Source: an uncultured Acidobacteriota bacterium
GTDB lineage: Bacteria > Acidobacteriota > Blastocatellia > RBC074
Length of the DNA stretch: 64,000 nt
Direction of reading: 5' to 3'
Assembly (NCBI GenBank): GCA_963796275.1
Contig: CAWCKY010000007.1
Location: 320,001 to 384,000 of the forward strand
Shown here in pieces: positions 57,563 through 64,000 of the stretch. The translations under genes and the position numbers were made by a program. The notes beneath the pieces are model-generated. The model had not been told where the DNA came from. It was given only the letters and a program-made list of their open reading frames with translations, and did not search any database. Position 1 is the stretch's first letter; each line of letters opens with the position of its first letter.

Positions 57563-58525
57563 ATGAGTCTGCCGGAACGGTTGCCTAACTTCGCTGAATT
57601 ACCAATCAAACCAGATTATCCGCCGCATTCCGCCTGGGGCGTATTCGGCGATGATGATCAAATCGGTACCTTGAATCTGCTTACTCCTGAACGCGTGACC
57701 GCAGCCGCTCGGCTGGTGCAAACGGGAGAGGTCTTCGCCTTGAACTGGGAATTGGAAAAGCCGTATCCGCCGTTATTCAACCGGGGGACGATGGCCCACA
57801 CGATCAACCGGCGGCGCAAGAACGTATTCGATGACGTTTACGATAATTTCAACACGCAATCGTCATCGCAATGGGATGGCCTGAGGCATTACGGACACCG
57901 GCATTATGGATTTTACAACGGCGTGACCGAATCGCAGATCAGCGGCACAGGGGAACCGCGCAACGGGATCGAACATTGGGCGCGGCGTGGTATCGCAGGG
58001 CGGGGCGTCCTTATAGATTTTCAGCGGTTTGCAGCACACAGCGGGATTCCGTTTGCCCCGGGTGAGCGCTACGGTATCACCGCTGAGCAATTGCAGGCGG
58101 CGGCGGATTGGCAGGGGACTCGCTTTCAACCAGGGGATATCCTGATTATGCGCACGGGATGGATCGAATGGTACAACTCATTGAATGAAGAACAGAGAAC
58201 ACAACTCGCGCAACCCGGCGCATTGCAGGTAGGCGGTTTGGAGCAATGTGAAGATTCATTGCGTTTTCTCTGGGACAATCATTTCGCTGCGATCGCGAGT
58301 GACAATCCTCCGTTTGAAGCCGTTCCGCCCGCCGATCCGGAAGAAGGACTGATGCACGGGACGATCATCGGTTTGTGGGGGATGCCCATCGGCGAGATGT
58401 TCCAGTTGGATCCGCTGGCTGCCGCCTGCGTTGCCGATCGACGCTACGAGTTCTTTTTAACCGCCGCGCCGCTCAATAAACTCGGGGGCGTCGCCTCGCC
58501 GCCGAATGCATTGGCGATCAAATGA
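57563..58525 (+). CDS. Cyclase family protein (kynurenine formamidase-like)
   Basis: WGVFGDDDQIGTLN, QSSSQWDGLRH, GIAGRGVLID, IGEMF, GGVASPPNALAI. Confidence 0.88.
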   Translation: MSLPERLPNFAELPIKPDYPPHSAWGVFGDDDQIGTLNLLTPERVTAAARLVQTGEVFALNWELEKPYPPLFNRGTMAHTINRRRKNVFDDVYDNFNTQSSSQWDGLRHYGHRHYGFYNGVTESQISGTGEPRNGIEHWARRGIAGRGVLIDFQRFAAHSGIPFAPGERYGITAEQLQAAADWQGTRFQPGDILIMRTGWIEWYNSLNEEQRTQLAQPGALQVGGLEQCEDSLRFLWDNHFAAIASDNPPFEAVPPADPEEGLMHGTIIGLWGMPIGEMFQLDPLAAACVADRRYEFFLTAAPLNKLGGVASPPNALAIK

Positions 58526-58630
58526 ATTGATAATTGATAATTGATAGTTCGTATACAATGAGGCAACAATTTATACGGACTATCAACTATCAGCTATTAA
58601 CTCTCAACTACCTAACTATCAACTATCAAC
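58525..58630 (+). repeat. Heptamer-armed hairpin element, copy 5 (right arm joined to an IS remnant)
   Basis: (AATTGAT)n, core AGTTCGTATACAATGAGGCAACAATTTATACGGACT, (AACTATC)n. Confidence 0.8.
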
Positions 58631-59620
58631 GCGCGGGGCGAGTTGGGCGCCCTCGCTTCATACGCAACGAGTCAAACCCAGTCAGAGCGCCGTGGATGTC
58701 GCAGTAAGGCAAGCCAGTTGGATCGCCGAGCAGCTGACGGCAGAGACGAGCCCCGAGATAGCTCTGGACGGCAGCTATGGCAATCTCAAATTCTTTCGTG
58801 GGATACGCGGCGTGAGAAGTTTTGCGACGGCCCGAATGCGAAATGATAGGGCGCTCTACCAAATCCCGCAGACACCCGCTGAAGGCGAACCGATGAAGCC
58901 TGGACGTCCACCCAAATATGGCCAGGAATTCCGCTTCGCTGACCCCCAGACTTGGCCGACACCGGATGAAGTCCTCGAGTTTGAAAACGCGCAATATGGG
59001 CGTGTCCGTCTGCAATTGTGGTCAACCTTACGATTCCGGACGAAAAAGAATGAGATTGTTGATATCCCCGCCGTTGTCCGCTCGCAGATTCATTTGGAGA
59101 GGGACCAGCCGCCCGCACCGCATTGGTACGGAGTACATAATGGGACGACAGAAGAGACCACTCTGGGTCGCGTCTTTGAGTGCATCACGCATCGTTGGCC
59201 GATAGAGCCCGCCAACCGATTTCGCAAAGAAAGACTCTACGCCGAGCTGCCGAAAGTGCGACAAGCCGAGGCCAGCGATCTCTGGCTTCAGCTTCTACAA
59301 GTCATCGAGTGGCAACTTTACCTCTGGCATCCGGCGGCGAATGATGCTCATCTGCCGTGGCAAAAGCCTCTTGCTCTCGAGCAATTGACGCCCGGCAGAG
59401 TGATCCGCTCGCTGAGTGAGAATTTAAAACGAGTAGGCACGCCGGTTTCGGCTGTGCTACCACGAGGAAAATCTCCAGGCTGGCCTTCAGGCCGAGTCCG
59501 GACAGCGCCAACGACCTACCTTCTTGAGTCGATGAAGCGTAAAAAGGCGCTAGAAATGTCAAAGAACGAATGAAACAAATGAAATGTTGAACGAAAGTAG
59601 CTCTTTTCAACCTGATGGAT
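58631..59620 (+). mobile_element. 5'-truncated IS701-like (DDE_5-type) element, copy 1
   Basis: Transposase C-terminal part (IALDGSYG, GRPPKYG, HRWPIEPANRFRK) ending at 59573; right end ...CTTTTCAACCTGATGG(AT). Confidence 0.75.
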
Positions 59621-60642
59621 AGTCAGGTTTTGGGAGTCGCTTTCGTCAAGCAGCGCGGGGCGAGTTGGGCGCCCTCGCTTCATACGCAACGAGTCAAACC
59701 CAGTCAGAGCGCCGTGGATGTCGCAGTAAGGCAAGCCAGTTGGATCGCCGAGCAGCTGACGGCAGAGACGAGCCCCGAGATAGCTCTGGACGGCAGCTAT
59801 GGCAATCTCAAATTCTTTCGTGGGATACGCGGCGTGAGAAGTTTTGCGACGGCCCGAATGCGAAATGATAGGGTGCTCTACCAAATCCCGCAGACACCCG
59901 CTGAAGGCGAACCGATGAAGCCTGGACGTCCACCCAAATATGGCCAGGAATTCCGCTTCGCTGACCCCCAGACTTGGCCGACACCGGATGAAGTCCTCGA
60001 GTTTGAAAACGCGCAATATGGGCGTGTCCGTCTGCAATTGTGGTCAACCTTACGATTCCGGACGAAAAAGAATGAGATTGTTGATATCCCCGCCGTTGTC
60101 CGCTCGCAGATTCATTTGGAGAGGGACCAGCCGCCCGCACCGCATTGGTACGGAGTACATAATGGGACGACAGAAGAGACCACTCTGGGTCGCGTCTTTG
60201 AGTGCATCACGCATCGTTGGCCGATAGAGCCCGCCAACCGATTTCGCAAAGAAAGACTCTACGCCGAGCTGCCGAAAGTGCGACAAGCCGAGGCCAGCGA
60301 TCTCTGGCTTCAGCTTCTACAAGTCATCGAGTGGCAACTTTACCTCTGGCATCCGGCGGCGAATGATGCTCATCTGCCGTGGCAAAAGCCTCTTGCTCTC
60401 GAGCAATTGACGCCCGGCAGAGTGATCCGCTCGCTGAGTGAGAATTTAAAACGAGTAGGCACGCCGGTTTCGGCTGTGCTACCACGAGGAAAATCTCCAG
60501 GCTGGCCTTCAGGCCGAGTCCGGACAGCGCCAACGACCTACCTTCTTGAGTCGATGAAGCGTAAAAAGGCGCTAGAAATGTCAAAGAACGAATGAAACAA
60601 ATGAAATGTTGAACGAAAGTAGCTCTTTTCAACCTGATGGAT
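59621..60642 (+). mobile_element. 5'-truncated IS701-like element, copy 2 (32 bp longer at the 5' end)
   Basis: 59653-60642 repeats 58631-59620 (offset 1022); only difference noticed is C58852/T59874 (RALY vs RVLY); same right end. Confidence 0.75.
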
Positions 60643-60815
60643 TATCAATTTGGTCTTTTTCGGAAGAATGTTGTATTCTTGGCCGAACTCAATATTCAAT
60701 CTGCAATCAAAGTAATAGATGAAGTGAGCGCTACTTCAATGGCGCATGCCAGTCTGGCAAAACCAATATTCACTTCCTGATGACTGTGTTGTCTGCACTG
60801 CAAGGTAAGAGGAAA

Positions 60816-63800
60816 ATGATGCTCGACCAAGTCTTCACAATCTTGCGGAATCGGAAGCGATGTATTCGCTGCGGCAAAATTGCTTTCGCGCTGCTCGTCT
60901 GCATCGTTGCGATGAGCATTGCCGGTTATAACCGGGCCATCGGTATAACCGAAGAGAACCGGGTGCAATCCAACCCAAAGGCGATATTTCAACAATATTG
61001 CCTGATGTGTCATAGCAACTCTGCGTCCAAGGCGGGAATCAACCTCGAACAAATGACCGCGCAGTTTTCAATCGCCGAAAATTTTCAACATTGGGAGAAG
61101 GTTGCGGCGGCCATTGAGCAGAAGCTCATGCCGCCCAAGGCTATGCCTCAGCCGACCGATGAGGAACGCGGTCAGGCTATAGCGTGGATCCAGACGGAGC
61201 TGAGTACTTACGCGAATAAACACGACGGCGATCCCGGACAGGTCACCATCCGGCGGCTGACCAGCGGCGAGTACGCATACACGATCAAAGATTTGACCGG
61301 CCTTGATCTGAAACTCGGGATCGACTCCACGAGCGATTCAGCAGGCGGAGAGGGGTTTACCAATTTCGGTGACGTCCAATTCATGCAGGATGCCAATCTC
61401 GAGCGTTACCTCGAGGCGGCCAAGGTCATCGCAGATCACGCCGTTATCGGATCCGGGCCCCTCGAATTTTTTTCGCATCCGGGCAAGACCGGCTTCGAAC
61501 TTTCGGCGATCGCGCGCATCCGAGATATTTATACCGCCAACGGCTTACGAACAGTCTCAGCCGAAGGCGGCAGGCCGTTCGGATTGGAGAAGTATGGGAA
61601 GGCTTTGTACGTCGCCTGGCGATATAGGCACCGCGCAGCGCTGGGTGAGGCCAATATAACTTTGAAGGATTTGGCTGATGGCGAGGGCATTACTGCGCGC
61701 TTCGCCCAGCACATATGGCAGGTGGTGAATAAATCTGCGCCAGGTTATCCCGCATCAGAAGTGGTTTCGCGGTGGCGAAAGTTGCCGGCTCCCGTTGCCG
61801 GAAAAGACGATGCCGGCAAAGAAACGGAAATCGCTGCGGTGCGTTCCGGATGCGACGATATACAGAAATATCTGATCACCTGGCCGAGCTGGCTGTTCGC
61901 GCGGGGCGACCTGGCAGCTGGCGGCGCGGGTGACGAGAGCCCGCTCGAATTCAGCGACCGTACGCTCAAAGTCAAGCCCATTCATCGCTTCGCCTACGTC
62001 AGAGGCGGCGGCCGTGGTCCGGTCCAGCCGGGCCCCGCGAAAATTTATTTGAATGTCGCTCCAGTCAATCCCGCGATGGGTGAGAAGCCCGTTGTCATCT
62101 GGCGGAACCTCACCATCGGTTTCCGCCCTCTTAAGCCGCGCGTGCAAGTGAAGGCCGGGGAATCTGCAGTGGTCCTGGCAGAAGATGCGCAAGCTTTGGC
62201 CAACCTGCGGCGCGGAATTCTCCCGCCCGGGCAGAGACAAGCCCTGAGGGCGGTGGTGAATGAAGAGACCGCCAGGGTACTCAAGTTCGGGAAGAGCCCG
62301 GACGGCACTTCTATCGGCCCAGACGATTTTGCGACGGAAGGGTCGTTAATGTTCGAGGTGCCGATGCCTGAAGGGCCGGGCCGATTTAGCTTGAACCTGC
62401 AGGTCAACGCTGAGCTTGGCGGAAATCGTAATCAGGTCGTCCGCATAGTGATCTCTGACCGAGCAGATGGGATGACCAGGGGACAGCCAACGCGCGCGCT
62501 CCTGGGAGACATGAAGAGCCCGGCCTATCGAGCCTTCAAGGCCGGTGTGATGGAATTCGCCTCGCTCCTGCCGCCGAATTCGCACGGTGAACCCGCGCCG
62601 GCGGATAAGGATCCGGTCCCAGATCCGTTCGACAATACTTACAATGTTCCCGAACACGACGAGTTCATTCAAAAAGTTAAATATCATCGGGACGACCGAT
62701 TTCTGGTAGAGAACCTGATCGATGAGACCACTCGTAAGCGGCTCGATCACGCCTGGAATGATCTTTATGCTTCATTCGAATACCACGATAATTACCTGCG
62801 GCTGCTCGGAAAACATTTCGCATATGACCTGAAGGAGCGGGGAATCGCGGACATGGACAAATCTCGGATCGATGCTTTGCCCGCCGAGATGAGAAAGTAT
62901 GTGCGTCCTTTACGCGCCCATTACGACGCAGTGCTCGCCGCGCAGAAAGCTGCCCGGCCGGAGCATGTTTTGGACTGCCTGGAGTTTGCGGCTCAGGCAT
63001 GGCGCCATCCTCTGACTGAAAACGAGAAGGTGAGCCTGAGGTCGTTTTATGAGAAAACAATCACAGCTGATCCCGATCATCCGAAAGCGATCCGGGCGCT
63101 GTTGGCCCGAATAATGATCGCGCCTCAATTCCTTTATCGCGTCGAACAGGGGGCGGGAGCATCTCACGCCATACCGGCATCGACCAGGGTGGAGGAGGAA
63201 AAGACAGTCAGAGCGCTCTCGGATTGGGAGGTGGCCGGCCGCCTAAGTTATTTTCTCTGGTCTTCCATCCCCGATGCCGAACTGAGGCGCGCGGCTGGAG
63301 CTGGGGAGTTGAGCACAACTGATGGGATCAAGGCACAGGTGCAGCGGATGCTGGCCGACCCGAAGGCGCGGCGGATGGCGACGGAATTTTTCGGCCAGTG
63401 GCTCGGCTTCTATCATTTTGACGACTATAAGGGCGTCGACACGAGCCGCTTTCCCGAGTTCACGGATGCGGTGAAAGATGCCATGTATGACGAGGCGGTC
63501 TCGTTCTTCGAGCACGTGATCCGCAAAGGCCGACCGATCAGCGAGATTCTTTTCGCCGACTACACCTTCCTGAACAAAGACCTGGCCAGATTTTATGGAG
63601 TGAAGAAGGAGCTCGGTGAAAATGCGGAACTGGTAGAGGGAGCGGGAACTTTTCACAGGGGCGGCCTGTTGCGCCTGGGGGCTGTCTTGACGGCTACATC
63701 CGCGCCACTGCGGACCAGTCCGGTGAAACGCGGCGACTGGGTTTTGCGTCGTGTATTGGGGACCGCGGTGCCGCCTCCGCCAGCCGATGCCGGATCGATC

Positions 63801-64000
63801 CCGGCGGATGACAAGTTATTTGGTGGCTTATCTGTGAAAGCGCGGCTGGAGAAGCACAAGCGGATTGCATCGTGTGCTAACTGCCATACCCGCATCGATC
63901 CGTTCGGATTTTCGCTGGAGCATTACGATCCGACCGGGCGCTGGCGCGATCGATATACCGACGGAAAAGATATCGATGACGTGGCGGAGATGAGGGATAA
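60816..64000 (+). CDS. Large planctomycete-type cytochrome c / DUF1592-DUF1588 domain protein (partial, runs off the window)
   Basis: ATG 60816 after AAGAGG; hydrophobic leader; [46 protein letters not shown] all in one frame; absent from the ORF track because there is no stop in the window. Confidence 0.85.
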   Translation, partial: MMLDQVFTILRNRKRCIRCGKIAFALLVCIVAMSIAGYNRAIGITEENRVQSNPKAIFQQYCLMCHSNSASKAGINLEQMTAQFSIAENFQHWEKVAAAIEQKLMPPKAMPQPTDEERGQAIAWIQTELSTYANKHDGDPGQVTIRRLTSGEYAYTIKDLTGLDLKLGIDSTSDSAGGEGFTNFGDVQFMQDANLERYLEAAKVIADHAVIGSGPLEFFSHPGKTGFELSAIARIRDIYTANGLRTVSAEGGRPFGLEKYGKALYVAWRYRHRAALGEANITLKDLADGEGITARFAQHIWQVVNKSAPGYPASEVVSRWRKLPAPVAGKDDAGKETEIAAVRSGCDDIQKYLITWPSWLFARGDLAAGGAGDESPLEFSDRTLKVKPIHRFAYVRGGGRGPVQPGPAKIYLNVAPVNPAMGEKPVVIWRNLTIGFRPLKPRVQVKAGESAVVLAEDAQALANLRRGILPPGQRQALRAVVNEETARVLKFGKSPDGTSIGPDDFATEGSLMFEVPMPEGPGRFSLNLQVNAELGGNRNQVVRIVISDRADGMTRGQPTRALLGDMKSPAYRAFKAGVMEFASLLPPNSHGEPAPADKDPVPDPFDNTYNVPEHDEFIQKVKYHRDDRFLVENLIDETTRKRLDHAWNDLYASFEYHDNYLRLLGKHFAYDLKERGIADMDKSRIDALPAEMRKYVRPLRAHYDAVLAAQKAARPEHVLDCLEFAAQAWRHPLTENEKVSLRSFYEKTITADPDHPKAIRALLARIMIAPQFLYRVEQGAGASHAIPASTRVEEEKTVRALSDWEVAGRLSYFLWSSIPDAELRRAAGAGELSTTDGIKAQVQRMLADPKARRMATEFFGQWLGFYHFDDYKGVDTSRFPEFTDAVKDAMYDEAVSFFEHVIRKGRPISEILFADYTFLNKDLARFYGVKKELGENAELVEGAGTFHRGGLLRLGAVLTATSAPLRTSPVKRGDWVLRRVLGTAVPPPPADAGSIPADDKLFGGLSVKARLEKHKRIASCANCHTRIDPFGFSLEHYDPTGRWRDRYTDGKDIDDVAEMRD

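Overview
64 kb of GC-rich bacterial chromosome. The gene repertoire (CRTAC1/ASPIC-UnbV proteins, ADOP-type permease fragment, 'PKVEIFGGYSY' beta-barrel, DUF1592-type cytochrome) suggests Acidobacteriota, probably Blastocatellia-like; this is an inference. Contents in order: the end of a tricorn-like protease; a glycosyltransferase/phosphotransferase/deacetylase/ABC-exporter cluster; an amidohydrolase; GntR plus a sugar ABC importer with a permease-SBP fusion; a frameshifted class A PBP; TPR, OMP, FHA-PrsW and FkbM genes; an IS4/IS50-like element inserted in a GTAG-type REP; an M14 peptidase; an orphan 2TM-CARF protein; a D-aminoacylase; a beta-propeller di-heme protein; an uncharacterised CRTAC1/UnbU locus with an SsuABC-like importer; rmlBAC; CM-aroF-tyrA; a cyclase; two tandem 5'-truncated IS701-like copies; and a large cytochrome c protein running off the end. 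Top leads: (1) the importer's substrate-binding protein reads through an in-frame TGA (FLPVT-U-HLTCPV) followed by a SECIS-like hairpin, i.e. a probable selenoprotein, in a locus that also holds a decayed AhpD-like remnant and an UnbV/UnbU-like pair; (2) an orphan Cam1-like TM-CARF protein; (3) a DAHP synthase homologue with its active site largely replaced; (4) five copies of a heptamer-armed hairpin element with a fixed 36-bp core; (5) a 9-bp QTG-coding repeat in three unrelated genes. No rRNA, tRNA or CRISPR array was seen.
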